Shown piece by piece: positions 8,200-17,649 of a DNA stretch of 64,000 bases; positions within the stretch are counted from its first letter, which is position 1, and each line of letters opens with the position of its first letter. Origin of the DNA: Candidatus Latescibacterota bacterium (GTDB taxonomy: Bacteria > Latescibacterota > UBA2968); the NCBI GenBank assembly GCA_965222605.1, contig OZ244960.1, positions 2,752,001 through 2,816,000 of the forward strand. The letters run 5' to 3'. Below the pieces are notes generated by a model that worked only from the letters and a program-made list of their open reading frames with translations, ran no database searches and was not told the origin of the DNA. The translations under genes and the position numbers were made by a program.

Positions 8200-8907
8200 A
8201 TGGCCAAATACGAAACCATCTCCAAACATCTCATCCAAACCTATCCCAAAGACTTCATCCGACTCACACTTGAACAGGACGATGTAGAAGTCCTGGACAT
8301 ACTCGACACAGAGCAAATCAGGGTTGAAACACAACATACCGATAGCCTCATCCGCGCCCATATCGCGGGCAAGGAGGCATTGATACACTACAAATTTCAA
8401 ACCACTGACGATCCCTCTATGCCGCTCCGCATGATTGGCTATATCGGATCTGTGTTTGAGCATCACGACCTGCCGATTTATTCCAGCGTGATCTACTTGC
8501 GGCGCAATGCGGGTCAGCGCGACCCGGGACGCTACATCCAGGAATGGCCCGGCTATGGTGTTTTGGTAGAATACAGAGTGATTCGGCTCAGTGAGATAGA
8601 AGGACAGGACATTATTGATGGCGAGCCTTCGGGCTTGTTTCCATTTGCGCCGTTGATGAAACGTCCTGTTGGGATAGATTCAGAGACGTGGTTGCGTGCG
8701 TGTGTTGACGCGACGAATGCTCTGCCGGTGGATGAATCAATAAAGGTTGACTTTTTGGGCAGGTTGATGATATTGAGTGGGTTAGAGTATGATCCAACAC
8801 TAATCAATCGTATTCTATCACAGGAGGGTCTTATGGATGCCATTATGCGCGAATCGTCGTTTGCACAATACATTAAGCAAGAAGGCATTGAAGAAGGCAT
8901 TGAGTAA
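8200..8907 (+). CDS. Rpn-family recombination-promoting nuclease / putative transposase (PD-(D/E)XK), possibly inactive or truncated
   Basis: TDSLI...IHYKFQT...MPLRM..Y...VIYL; MRESSFAQYIKQEGIEEGIE then stop. Confidence 0.75.
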   Translation: MAKYETISKHLIQTYPKDFIRLTLEQDDVEVLDILDTEQIRVETQHTDSLIRAHIAGKEALIHYKFQTTDDPSMPLRMIGYIGSVFEHHDLPIYSSVIYLRRNAGQRDPGRYIQEWPGYGVLVEYRVIRLSEIEGQDIIDGEPSGLFPFAPLMKRPVGIDSETWLRACVDATNALPVDESIKVDFLGRLMILSGLEYDPTLINRILSQEGLMDAIMRESSFAQYIKQEGIEEGIE

Positions 8908-8979
8908 GGGGTAGGCAACGCGCCATTGAAGATCTCCTTAAAAGACACTTATCCAACCAACCTGAAGAGAGATGCAGCC

Positions 8980-9279
8980 ATGAAGGCCAGGACACTTAAA
9001 GATGAAATTTCCGCGTACAACAAATTGTGCGAAGAGGGGCTTGAGCTTGACCACTTTGGTAAGTGGGTCATTATCTACGAAGGTGAACTCAATGGGGTCT
9101 TTGATACGGAGGATGAAGCGATACTCGAAGCTGTCAAAAAATTCAGAGACCGCGTTTTCTTGATTCTTCAAGTTGGGGCACCAGAAAGTCTATACAGAAG
9201 TGGATTACCCACAGTTTTGAGTACCGCTCCCACTATTAAATTTGAGAGCGCACAATGCCAACAAAATTTACCAAAGTAG
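8980..9279 (+). CDS. DUF5678-like small protein
   Basis: LELDHFGKWVIIYEGELNGVFDTEDEA...FLILQVG. Confidence 0.65.
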   Translation: MKARTLKDEISAYNKLCEEGLELDHFGKWVIIYEGELNGVFDTEDEAILEAVKKFRDRVFLILQVGAPESLYRSGLPTVLSTAPTIKFESAQCQQNLPK

Positions 9280-9458
9280 GATTTGAGAATCCGGATGATC
9301 TAATCGCATCAGGCCCAACAATGATGGTTCTTGTTGGGCTTTCTTATGATACCTTCCCAGATCCGGATAAAGTTCTAATTGGTCGGGACTTCTTGAAGTC
9401 CTGCCGGATGTCTTATGATGGCACAACTGGGGATGTGGAAATAGAGGTTATGGGATAG
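9255..9458 (+). pseudogene. Retropepsin-like aspartyl protease remnant with internal deletion
   Basis: Keeps N-terminal L...GP..V.V and C-terminal VLIGRDFL...YDG but lacks the DTG catalytic core; 67 aa. Confidence 0.6.
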
Positions 9459-9459
9459 A

Positions 9460-9487
9460 TTGACAAAAAACGAATCTGTCCTATAAT
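9460..9487 (+). promoter_or_regulatory. Consensus sigma70 promoter
   Basis: TTGACA (9460-9465), 16 bp, TATAAT (9482-9487). Confidence 0.65.
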
Positions 9488-9543
9488 GAGGCTACCTTTT
9501 TACAGAACTTTTTGGACTTGACCATTTAGATTGGTTATGGACA

Positions 9544-10074
9544 TTGAGAGCGAATACTTCTAATGCGAATATTGTGACAATCAATGCAGATTATACTAAT
9601 GGCAGATTTTCAGATGAATTAACGTTTACGGTGAGAAATAATTGGAATAAATTGCTAACAAATGTGGAATTGTACGCTGTTCTGTTTAATCAAGAAAAGC
9701 AAATTATTCATATTGAATCAAATTCTCTTGGAGAGAATATTGTTCCAAATTCTGATGTGAATAAAAGTTTTTCTGTTTATGCTGATATTCCTACCCCAGA
9801 CTCGATAGCGACTCGCATACTTTATGATTTTGAAAATGGCGAACGAATCGGGGCGTCTGACTTGGACGGTTTCGATCCTGCATACATATTCCCGGACACT
9901 GTTTTTTCTCTCAATATGCCTGATTCGACAAGACAGATTATCACTAATCTAAAAAGTCGTATTCGTGTTTTGAAGTTTGGAGATTTGAACGAAGATGGTA
10001 CTGTTGATTTGGCAGACTTTTTATTGTTTTCTGATTTATTTTCAGAAAATTTTGGTACAAGTTCCAGTCAGTGA
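9544..10074 (+). CDS. AT-rich, probably 5'-truncated protein with a C-terminal dockerin/EF-hand-like motif
   Basis: Ig-like region TVRNN...NVELYAVLFN; GDLNEDGTVDLADFLLF; no good start or RBS. Confidence 0.5.
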   Translation: MRANTSNANIVTINADYTNGRFSDELTFTVRNNWNKLLTNVELYAVLFNQEKQIIHIESNSLGENIVPNSDVNKSFSVYADIPTPDSIATRILYDFENGERIGASDLDGFDPAYIFPDTVFSLNMPDSTRQIITNLKSRIRVLKFGDLNEDGTVDLADFLLFSDLFSENFGTSSSQ

Positions 10075-11225
10075 ACTATTTTTTAAATGATATTATGAAA
10101 GTATTACAAAAAAAAGGTGATGCAGATAAGTTCATTACGCAGCGTTGTAGAGCCTACACTGGTGGCCGTAATCCAGTGCAACGCCTGTCCGTCTATTCGT
10201 CTTATATATCCCTCATCGTATTCCTCACAATTTTTATCTCCAGCCCTATCTGCGCGCTCACGGGACACGTCATCAATCAGACCCTCAACCGTCCCGAACC
10301 CGATATTGAAGTCTCTTACATCCTCCATGAAACCGGGGACATCACCGTTGTGCGCGACACCACCGACAGCAAAGGCCAATTTATCCTCGACGTTCCCTCA
10401 GACCCGGGAGCCGACCCACCACCCATGCTATTCGCCCGATACAATGGCATTGACTATCCCGGCAACCCGGCCCCAGCGGGTGATACCGTTGACATTCCCG
10501 TATTTGAAACCACGGACTCCGATACCGCAATATCTCTATCTTCGCACCACATCCTCATCGACGCTCAGGCCGGCACAGTCGCGTACATCATCATCGTACA
10601 CAACCGCGGCGACCGCACCTACCTCACGGGCGGCGACCACGGCCACGGCCTGGAAATACCCCTGCCCGATGGCGTAACCGACATTGCCCGCGCACCACAA
10701 GGCGTACACCTGCACGGCTCTTTGCTCGTTGATCCGCGCCCCATCATCCCCGGCAATAGCCAGACCTTTTTCTCATTCGCACTGCCCCCGTCCAACCGCA
10801 TCGCGCAACGCATCACCTATCCCACCGCGAGCCTGGATTTGCTCGTCCAACCGACCGACACTCCCGTCTCCACAACAATACTTCGAGACCTCGGGGACGT
10901 GACATTGGGCAATAATGTCTTTCAGCGCTTTGGCGCCGAACAACTCGCACCCGGCACACAGATCGACATCAATCTCTCATCCGCCGAGATCGCGTCCAAT
11001 TTACAAACCCCAATATGGATCGCTGCTGCCAGTGCCATCGCAATCGCAATCCTCGTCATTTATATGCGCTCGCTCAAAACAACCCCCAATCGGCGCACAG
11101 TTCTACTCGAACAAATCGCCGACCTCGACGAGCGATATGAAAGCGGCAAACTCTCAGAAGACGATTACAAAAACAGGCGCAATGCCCTCAAAGCCGAAGT
11201 CATTGATCTATCAGGAGATCAGTAG
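10071..11225 (+). CDS. ccm-cluster exported protein (carboxypeptidase-regulatory-like domain, C-terminal TM and CcmI-like tail); true start may be GTG 10176
   Basis: Signal peptide ...IFISSPICA, TTDSKGQF, tail LLEQIADLDERYESGKLSEDDY. Confidence 0.65.
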   Translation: MNYFLNDIMKVLQKKGDADKFITQRCRAYTGGRNPVQRLSVYSSYISLIVFLTIFISSPICALTGHVINQTLNRPEPDIEVSYILHETGDITVVRDTTDSKGQFILDVPSDPGADPPPMLFARYNGIDYPGNPAPAGDTVDIPVFETTDSDTAISLSSHHILIDAQAGTVAYIIIVHNRGDRTYLTGGDHGHGLEIPLPDGVTDIARAPQGVHLHGSLLVDPRPIIPGNSQTFFSFALPPSNRIAQRITYPTASLDLLVQPTDTPVSTTILRDLGDVTLGNNVFQRFGAEQLAPGTQIDINLSSAEIASNLQTPIWIAAASAIAIAILVIYMRSLKTTPNRRTVLLEQIADLDERYESGKLSEDDYKNRRNALKAEVIDLSGDQ

Positions 11226-11249
11226 TCAGCACACAGGTAGCCAATGACA

Positions 11250-11299
11250 AAAACCTTCTGGATTGCGGCTAACACCATGCCGCAATGACGTGGGCTGGG
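11250..11299. repeat. Dispersed palindromic repeat, copy 1 (copy 2 at 21062-21110)
   Basis: AAAACCTTCTGGATTGCGGC-TAACACCAT-GCCGCAATGACG-GGGCTGG. Confidence 0.8.
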
Positions 11300-11325
11300 G
11301 GCTGATAGCTGAACGCTAATTGCTA

Positions 11326-12033
11326 ATGAACACGGCCATCATCATACAGAATATAACCCGCCGTTTTGGTCATATTACGGCTCTGCAAGACATAAACCTC
11401 ACGGTCCCAAAGGGATGTGTTTTTGCACTCTTTGGTCCAAACGGAGCGGGCAAAACAACCCTATTGCGCCTCATCGCCACACTGGCAAAACCGTCATCGG
11501 GCGATATCTGGGTCAGCGGTATAGACACCCGACGCAATCCGCATGAGATACGCAAAAACATCGGATTCATCTCGCATCAAACCTTGCTCTACGACGACCT
11601 CACAGCTCGAGAAAATCTCGCATTCTACGGACGCATGTACGGTCTCCAAAACCTCAATGCCCGCATCGCAGAAGTCCTCCTCGCCGTTGGCCTGAAAAAC
11701 CGCCAGCGCGATCGGATACACAAATTCTCCCGGGGCATGAAACAGCGATTGGCCATTGCCCGAGCCATCTTGCACCACCCATCGGTCCTCTTGCTCGACG
11801 AACCCTTCACCGGTCTCGATACATCGGCTCAATCGACATTATCCAACATAATCGTCAGCCTCAAAGCAGAAGGACGCACCATCTTCCTGGTCACACACGA
11901 CCTCGCACGGGGCCTCGCACTTGCAGACCGCTTTGGCATCCTCTTCCAGGGCCAATTAGTACACGAAGCATCGTCAAAAGACATCAGTGAAACCGAATTG
12001 CGAACACGCTACGAAAACAAAACCACCCTCTAA
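11326..12033 (+). CDS. ccmA: Heme ABC exporter ATP-binding protein CcmA
   Basis: GPNGAGKTT, FSRGMKQR, LLLDEP; precedes ccmB and ccmC. Confidence 0.9.
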   Translation: MNTAIIIQNITRRFGHITALQDINLTVPKGCVFALFGPNGAGKTTLLRLIATLAKPSSGDIWVSGIDTRRNPHEIRKNIGFISHQTLLYDDLTARENLAFYGRMYGLQNLNARIAEVLLAVGLKNRQRDRIHKFSRGMKQRLAIARAILHHPSVLLLDEPFTGLDTSAQSTLSNIIVSLKAEGRTIFLVTHDLARGLALADRFGILFQGQLVHEASSKDISETELRTRYENKTTL

Positions 12034-12035
12034 AA

Positions 12036-12707
12036 ATGCCTCTTTTCTTCTTACAAACCCTCGCCATTCTCCAAAAAGATCTCAAAACCGAATGGCGCAC
12101 CAAAGAACGCCTCAGCGCCATGGCCTTCTTCGCATTTCTGGTCGTCATCATCTTCAATTTTATATATGAACCCGGCTCGCCAATCATAAAAACCGTAGCC
12201 CCCGGCATCTTCTGGATCGCCACAGCGTTTGCGGGGCTGCTGGGCCTCAGCCGATCTTATGCCATCGAAAAACAAAACGACTGCCTGATGGGATTGCGCC
12301 TCACACCTGCGGATCCGGGCGCGATCTTCCTGGGAAAAATGCTGGGCAACACCCTCACCATGCTCATACTCGAAGCACTCATCTTGCCCATCCTCGTCAT
12401 CTTTCTCAACCTGCAAATCGCACAGGCACTCCCGCGTCTAATTCTGCCCATCTTGCTGGGCACCCTCGGTTTTGCGGCTATTGGCACCCTCTTCTCTGCA
12501 ATGTCGCTCAACACCCGATTGCGAGAAGCCTTCTTGCCCCTGCTCACACTGCCCATTTTCATTCCGGCACTTCTCGCAGCGATTGAATCCTTTCGCGCTG
12601 TTCTTGAAGGCGCAGAAATCACAGACTGGCTCGTACTCAGCGGTGCTTTTGTCGCGCTCTATATCGCTGCATGCCTGCTCTTATTTGAATATGTCCTGGA
12701 GGATTGA
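12036..12707 (+). CDS. ccmB: Heme exporter protein CcmB
   Basis: KDL..E.R, APGIFW, LPLL.LP..IP; six TM segments. Confidence 0.92.
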   Translation: MPLFFLQTLAILQKDLKTEWRTKERLSAMAFFAFLVVIIFNFIYEPGSPIIKTVAPGIFWIATAFAGLLGLSRSYAIEKQNDCLMGLRLTPADPGAIFLGKMLGNTLTMLILEALILPILVIFLNLQIAQALPRLILPILLGTLGFAAIGTLFSAMSLNTRLREAFLPLLTLPIFIPALLAAIESFRAVLEGAEITDWLVLSGAFVALYIAACLLLFEYVLED

Positions 12708-12709
12708 CG

Positions 12710-13393
12710 ATGCACCAAAAACCCTACATCCCTCCGTTTATCTTCGGTATCCTCGCCCTCATCTGCCTGGGCATTGCCCCCTATCTGGTATTCGTTTACG
12801 CCGGAATAGAAAAAGAAATGGGACTGGCACAAAAAATTTTCTACTACCACGTCCCATCTGCTTTCTCAATGTTCATGGGGTGCTTTCTCTGCTTTGTCTT
12901 TAGCGTCCTCTACCTCTGGAAACGCGACAAAAACTACGACTTATGGGCAGCCTGTTCAGCCGAAGTGAGTTTGCTCTTTGGCACCCTGGTCTTAATCACA
13001 GGTGCGATCTGGGCCAAACCCATCTGGGGCGCGTGGTGGGTCTGGGATGCACAACTCACCCTGACCCTCCTGCTCTGGCTCATTCTCGCAGCGTATCACA
13101 TGTTGCGCACCTACATCGAAGATGAGGTCCAAAGTGCGCGATTCCGCGCAGTCCTCGGCATTATCGGCTTCCTCAACGTACCCTTCATCCACTACGCCAC
13201 CAAACTGTGGCGCACGCACCATCCCGAAGTGGTTCGCGGCGAAGAAATCAGCCTGCCCCCCGACATGAAAGCGGCTTTCTTCTTCTGCGTCATCACCTTT
13301 TTCGCGCTCTTTTTCGCGTTGCTCTTCAAGCGCGTATCACTCGCAAAAGCACGGGACGAACTCGAATCGCTCAAAACCGAAATTCGGGATTAA
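12710..13393 (+). CDS. ccmC: Heme exporter protein CcmC
   Basis: IFYYHVP, TGAIWAKPIWGAWWVWD, WRTHHP. Confidence 0.94.
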   Translation: MHQKPYIPPFIFGILALICLGIAPYLVFVYAGIEKEMGLAQKIFYYHVPSAFSMFMGCFLCFVFSVLYLWKRDKNYDLWAACSAEVSLLFGTLVLITGAIWAKPIWGAWWVWDAQLTLTLLLWLILAAYHMLRTYIEDEVQSARFRAVLGIIGFLNVPFIHYATKLWRTHHPEVVRGEEISLPPDMKAAFFFCVITFFALFFALLFKRVSLAKARDELESLKTEIRD

Positions 13394-13418
13394 AAATAAC
13401 TTTTTTACGGAGGAACTT

Positions 13419-13568
13419 ATGCAACACCTCGAATACATGACCGCGGCGTACATCATAATATGGGTCGCCATCTTGCTCTATTTTTTGAACCTTTCCAAAC
13501 GCGAAAAAGCGATATGGGAAGAACTGCGCGAACTGCGCGCCACCATCACCAAAAACAACACCCCATAG
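13419..13568 (+). CDS. ccmD: CcmD-family small membrane protein (49 aa, below ORF-track cutoff)
   Basis: RBS GGAGG; MQHLEYMTAAYIIIWVAILLYFLNLSKREKAIWEELREL...; directly after ccmC. Confidence 0.85.
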   Translation: MQHLEYMTAAYIIIWVAILLYFLNLSKREKAIWEELRELRATITKNNTP

Positions 13569-13571
13569 CCC

Positions 13572-14372
13572 ATGGCCATCAAAAACGCGAAAAAAATCCT
13601 GAACCTGAAACGCCGCAAAAATCGTCAGGCAGAACAAAAATACCTCATAGAGGGCATTCGTCTCTGCGAAGAAGCACTCAAAAGCAGTGACACCCTCGAA
13701 CAACTCATCTTCTGCCGCGAAAGCATCGCCCGCAACGCACGCCTCGAAAATCTCTACCAGGCGACCCTTGCACAACGCATCCCCATCCAGCAAACCGACT
13801 GGCGCGCCTTCAAACACATGTCAGATACGGACACACCGCAGGGCGTCCTCGGCGTGGTATCGATGCCGACCTGGGACCGCAAAGCCGTCCTCAATACTCG
13901 TGGCCCATTCCTCATCCTCGACCGCATCTCTGACCCCGGCAACCTGGGCGTGATCATGCGCACAGCCGAAGCCGCCGGATGCAAAGGCATATTCCTCACC
14001 CGCGGATCAGTCGAACTCTACAACCCCAAAGTCGTACGCGCCACCATGGGCGCCATCTTTCGCATGCCCGTCTTTCCCCTCCAGGAGGGATGCGACCTGT
14101 TACACCAACTTCGCCAACTCAACATTCAGATCATCGCAGCACACACCAGCGGCATATCCTTCCACAATCTCCAAACCAAAACTCCCGTAGCCCTCCTCCT
14201 CGGCAACGAAGCTTTTGGCATCGATCCCGCCCTCCTCGCCCTAACCGATCACACCGTCACCATCCCCATGGCCGCCCCCGTCGAATCGCTCAACATCGCA
14301 GTCGCAAGCGGCATCCTGCTCTATCAAATTCACATCGGGACGGCACAGGGACCGTCCCCTACACCTGAATGA
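13572..14372 (+). CDS. TrmH/SpoU-family RNA methyltransferase
   Basis: DPGNLGVIMRTAEAAG, LLGNEAFG, IPM...ESLNIAVA. Confidence 0.93.
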   Translation: MAIKNAKKILNLKRRKNRQAEQKYLIEGIRLCEEALKSSDTLEQLIFCRESIARNARLENLYQATLAQRIPIQQTDWRAFKHMSDTDTPQGVLGVVSMPTWDRKAVLNTRGPFLILDRISDPGNLGVIMRTAEAAGCKGIFLTRGSVELYNPKVVRATMGAIFRMPVFPLQEGCDLLHQLRQLNIQIIAAHTSGISFHNLQTKTPVALLLGNEAFGIDPALLALTDHTVTIPMAAPVESLNIAVASGILLYQIHIGTAQGPSPTPE

Positions 14373-14405
14373 TTAACCGTAGGGGCGGTGCCCCCGTGCC
14401 CGCCC
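14337..14405. repeat. Inverted pair of GTAG-type REP elements
   Basis: GGGACGGCACAGGGACCGTCCCCTAC ... GTAGGGGCGGTGCCCCCGTGCCCGCCC. Confidence 0.75.
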
Positions 14406-14419
14406 GTCAGATGGCATAA

Positions 14420-14454
14420 AAAAACCCACCCGCTATCTTCGCGAGTGGGTTTTT
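14420..14454. terminator. Bidirectional intrinsic terminator
   Basis: AAAAACCCAC-CCGC..GCGA-GTGGGTTTTT between convergent genes. Confidence 0.75.
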
Positions 14455-14472
14455 GTCGTTCTCATCGTCCCA

Positions 14473-15510
14473 TCAATCAAATTCCGAAAGTTTGACCGTA
14501 CGCCCCTCCGATGCCGACAGATCCGCGGCAAAATTGACGCGGTGGGTTTCAAAAGCAATATCAAAATTAGTACGCGGCATCGGCTCATTGGCATTGATAC
14601 CATCTACAAAAGCCTGGAATTGCGGCTCATAAGGATGATCTGCCACATCCCCAGAGTCAATCAGCGACGTCTCGAGCGTACTCCACCTCTCTTTGCTCAT
14701 ACCGTGCAACTTGTGCGAATAGATGCGATTGTCCAGCAGACTACCTTCAGAACCCACGAGATGAATATGAAAATAATAGGGCTGCAAGCAATCGACACAC
14801 GAAGTGACCTTTGCCGCATTGCCATTGGCAAATTTGAGAATAGAAACCGTGGTGGTATCGTATTCATAAGGTTCAAAAATATCGGACCTCGATCTCGTAG
14901 CCAGACTGGTCACTTCCTCGACATCGCCATCCATAAAGAACAGACACGCATCCAGAGCATGACAGCCTGCGGTGAGCAAACTCGATCCGGCAAAATCTTT
15001 CTTCACATTCCATTCAAATTGACCATACCAGGGACCAATGCCGTGGTAGTAGTCAACCTCGCCATAGTGCAACTCGCCGAGCAACCCTTCGTTAATAATC
15101 GAGCGGATCATAGAAAAATGCGCGCTAAAGCGGCACTCAAAACAAACACAGGATTGCACACCGGCTGCTGCAATCGCATCGCGCACCCGTTTGAGATCTT
15201 CGTAAGACAGACAAATGGGTTTTTCGATAAGCAGGTGTTTGCCCGCCTCGGCAGCCGCAACCGCCTGATCGGCGTGAAATTTATGTGGCGTGCAAATATC
15301 GATGATATGAATATCGGGATCTGCGATCATATCATCGTAATTTTTATACGCCTTCAAAGGCGTGCCGAATTGCGCTGCAAGATCATCTTCGTTGTGGTCC
15401 CGACGAGAACATATCGCCGTGACATTTGCACCGCTGACCGCCTTAAAAGTATCAATATGCGCCCCAGCTACCCAGCCGAGTCCAACAATGCCGACATTGA
15501 GATCGCTCAT
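14473..15510 (-). CDS. Gfo/Idh/MocA family oxidoreductase
   Basis: [26 protein letters not shown]. Confidence 0.93.
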   Translation of the reverse strand: MSDLNVGIVGLGWVAGAHIDTFKAVSGANVTAICSRRDHNEDDLAAQFGTPLKAYKNYDDMIADPDIHIIDICTPHKFHADQAVAAAEAGKHLLIEKPICLSYEDLKRVRDAIAAAGVQSCVCFECRFSAHFSMIRSIINEGLLGELHYGEVDYYHGIGPWYGQFEWNVKKDFAGSSLLTAGCHALDACLFFMDGDVEEVTSLATRSRSDIFEPYEYDTTTVSILKFANGNAAKVTSCVDCLQPYYFHIHLVGSEGSLLDNRIYSHKLHGMSKERWSTLETSLIDSGDVADHPYEPQFQAFVDGINANEPMPRTNFDIAFETHRVNFAADLSASEGRTVKLSEFD

Positions 15511-15543
15511 AAAAGCCTCCATTCTTTAACCAGCACCATAGTT

Positions 15544-15861
15544 TCAGGCGAGGGTTTTTTCATACAGTATTTTGCCTTCTTTAAGGACGGGATATAATAT
15601 TGTGCCCACTGTGTTTCCGAATCTTGCAACATCTTCGGGCGAGGCAACAATAATATCCTTTGGAACGTTGATGTCGTGAAGGGCTATGCCTATAGCGACG
15701 CGCTCCTTGCGTTTGGAGCCTTCGATTTTTTTAATTATTAAAAGATCAATATCGCTGTCCGGAACAGCGGTTCCCCGTGCGTGAGAACCAAAAAGAACGA
15801 TTTTTATGGGATTGAATTGTTCGATAATTCTGCGCGTCATTTCCCGAATGGCTGTTTCCAT
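15544..15861 (-). CDS. Minimal nucleotidyltransferase (MNT antitoxin-like)
   Basis: LFGSHARG...DSDIDLL. Confidence 0.88.
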   Translation of the reverse strand: METAIREMTRRIIEQFNPIKIVLFGSHARGTAVPDSDIDLLIIKKIEGSKRKERVAIGIALHDINVPKDIIVASPEDVARFGNTVGTILYPVLKEGKILYEKTLA

Positions 15862-15876
15862 AATCGCATCCTTGCA

Positions 15877-16059
15877 TTAGGAGTTGGGAATGGATTTACC
15901 CAATTCGCTATAGGCTTGTATCATTTCGTTGAGTGCATCTTGTAATAGTTCTGTGCATTCCTGTATCGTCGCCCCTTCCGTCACCACTTCTGGCCAATCC
16001 AAAAGTTGCCCCATATAACCTGACGGAATTGGCGTGTAGCAAGCGTTGTATTCTATCAT
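15877..16059 (-). CDS. HicB-family antitoxin (no adjacent hicA)
   Basis: GYMGQLLDWPEVVTEGATIQECTELLQDAL...IP. Confidence 0.8.
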   Translation of the reverse strand: MIEYNACYTPIPSGYMGQLLDWPEVVTEGATIQECTELLQDALNEMIQAYSELGKSIPNS

Positions 16060-16126
16060 TTTTATCGCCTGATTTGAGCCGGAGCTTTTCTTGCCCCGGC
16101 TCATTTATTTTCCCAGCAACTCCAAT

Positions 16127-16366
16127 TTAAGAAACGCGACTTTGAATATGCGGTTGAATTTCCTCATATTCCGGAAAGCGTTTCTCCTTGAGTTTGGAGA
16201 ACACCAGTTCGCCATCAACCGTAACCTCAAAGCGACCACCACCGGACGGAATCAGGGTAATAGCTTCGATATCCTGCTTAAACGCATTGACAATTTGATC
16301 CGTCATCCCGACGGATTGTTTTTCATAGCCTCATGATGCACAATATTCGATTTCTACTCGGGCCAT
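16127..16366 (-). CDS. SelW/SelT/SelH (Rdx-family) selenoprotein, CxxU, 79 aa
   Basis: RBS AAAGGAGG; MARVEIEYCAS(UGA)GY...LIPSGGGRFEVTVDGELVFSK...RFPE; in-frame TGA at 16331-16333. Confidence 0.9.
16298..16316 (-). promoter_or_regulatory. Bacterial SECIS-like hairpin
   Basis: AUCCGUC-GGGAU-GACGGAU perfect 7-bp stem; G-first loop starts 21 nt after the UGA. Confidence 0.75.
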
Positions 16367-16459
16367 GTGACGCCTCCTTTTGAAGAGAGTAAAAAAAGAG
16401 TGAACGACCTTGTTAAAGAGGCCATTGATTTTCGACATGAAATGCCTCCTTACAACTTC

Positions 16460-17218
16460 CTAACAAACAACCTGTCTAAAAAATACACCCGTGCGTTTCG
16501 GTAAAAAAGACGCGAGATCTTCGAGATCGAGATCCACACCGAGATCTCTTGCCGCATGGCGTATGTTGTGCCAGCAATCCGCACAGTCATCGCCAGCGAG
16601 CAACCCATCAACTTGCCTCGAAAATTCTCTCGCCTCTCCGCGATCCACAGGGAAAGGATAATCAGCCGTGCGGAAAAAGTCACCAACAAAATCATAGTGC
16701 CGCCGACGTTCTCGAGAAAAATCCGCATCTTTGCGATGAACAGAAAGCCATTCCGCCGCGCGAATGAGATGATAGCCAAAATAAGCCATCGCCGGATTGG
16801 AAATCCGCGCCTTGTTGTGTTTGGGACTCGCCACATGCACACTGCGAATAACAGGCCCGGGCCAATAAATATCTTTGCGATACCGCTCCGTGCGGCGGTC
16901 ATAGCCAAAACCATCGAGTACAAAACCACTCGTCGAGCGAATGGTCAGCGCCAAACGCTTTTCTGAAAACCGATCGGGCTGGCGCGTCAGAGCCTCACGG
17001 GTAAAATCGGGAATGCCAAACAGCGCACTATACGCATAACAAAACGCGACATACGCATGTGACACGGGCAACCAGAACACATCGCCGAGACGCCGGGACA
17101 GGGCATCGTATTTCTTATCCAAAAAAAACTGCCCATCGGACAGCGCGTCACCCACACAAACGGGTTCTGTTGGAAACGCATCGACAAGCACCTGGATAAC
17201 ATCGCGTTCATTTTTCAT
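16460..17218 (-). CDS. Hypothetical protein, possibly MpaB/Lcp-like oxygenase fold
   Basis: IRSVH...ISNPAMAYF and FVGDFF...FP resemble the MpaB pattern; ATGA overlap with the HEPN gene. Confidence 0.45.
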   Translation of the reverse strand: MKNERDVIQVLVDAFPTEPVCVGDALSDGQFFLDKKYDALSRRLGDVFWLPVSHAYVAFCYAYSALFGIPDFTREALTRQPDRFSEKRLALTIRSTSGFVLDGFGYDRRTERYRKDIYWPGPVIRSVHVASPKHNKARISNPAMAYFGYHLIRAAEWLSVHRKDADFSRERRRHYDFVGDFFRTADYPFPVDRGEAREFSRQVDGLLAGDDCADCWHNIRHAARDLGVDLDLEDLASFLPKRTGVFFRQVVC

Positions 17219-17649
17219 ACATCATTTTCCGATTGTAAACCCTCAGAGGATGTTTCAGTTGAGGCATTATTGAGAAGCTGCTCGACATGATCATAGAGCC
17301 TTTGTGCTTTTTCTGACGCATCAGAACGGTCTAAAGGGTCATCAGTCATTTCAGCGGCATCGTATCGAAAATTAACAGCATAAGCTGTATATTCAACCAG
17401 ATCCCAAAATGACTCGACATCACATCCATTCTCTTCGAGAATCGCAAGCAATCTTGCGAGATTGTGAATGAATGGGGACTCAACGCCAATAGCGATAATC
17501 CAGGCTTTTAGTGATTTCTCTATTGCCTGTTGAACATGAAAACCAAAAATTTCATCATCAAATACAGTCGCATCATCCATGCCTTTTAATGCACGCAAAT
17601 CTCTTTCCGCCATCGAAAGCATAGCACGCGCATCATCAATCCCGTTCAT
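17215..17649 (-). CDS. HEPN domain protein
   Basis: AERDL, FHVQQAIEKSLKA, HNLARL, YAVNFRY. Confidence 0.9.
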   Translation of the reverse strand: MNGIDDARAMLSMAERDLRALKGMDDATVFDDEIFGFHVQQAIEKSLKAWIIAIGVESPFIHNLARLLAILEENGCDVESFWDLVEYTAYAVNFRYDAAEMTDDPLDRSDASEKAQRLYDHVEQLLNNASTETSSEGLQSENDV

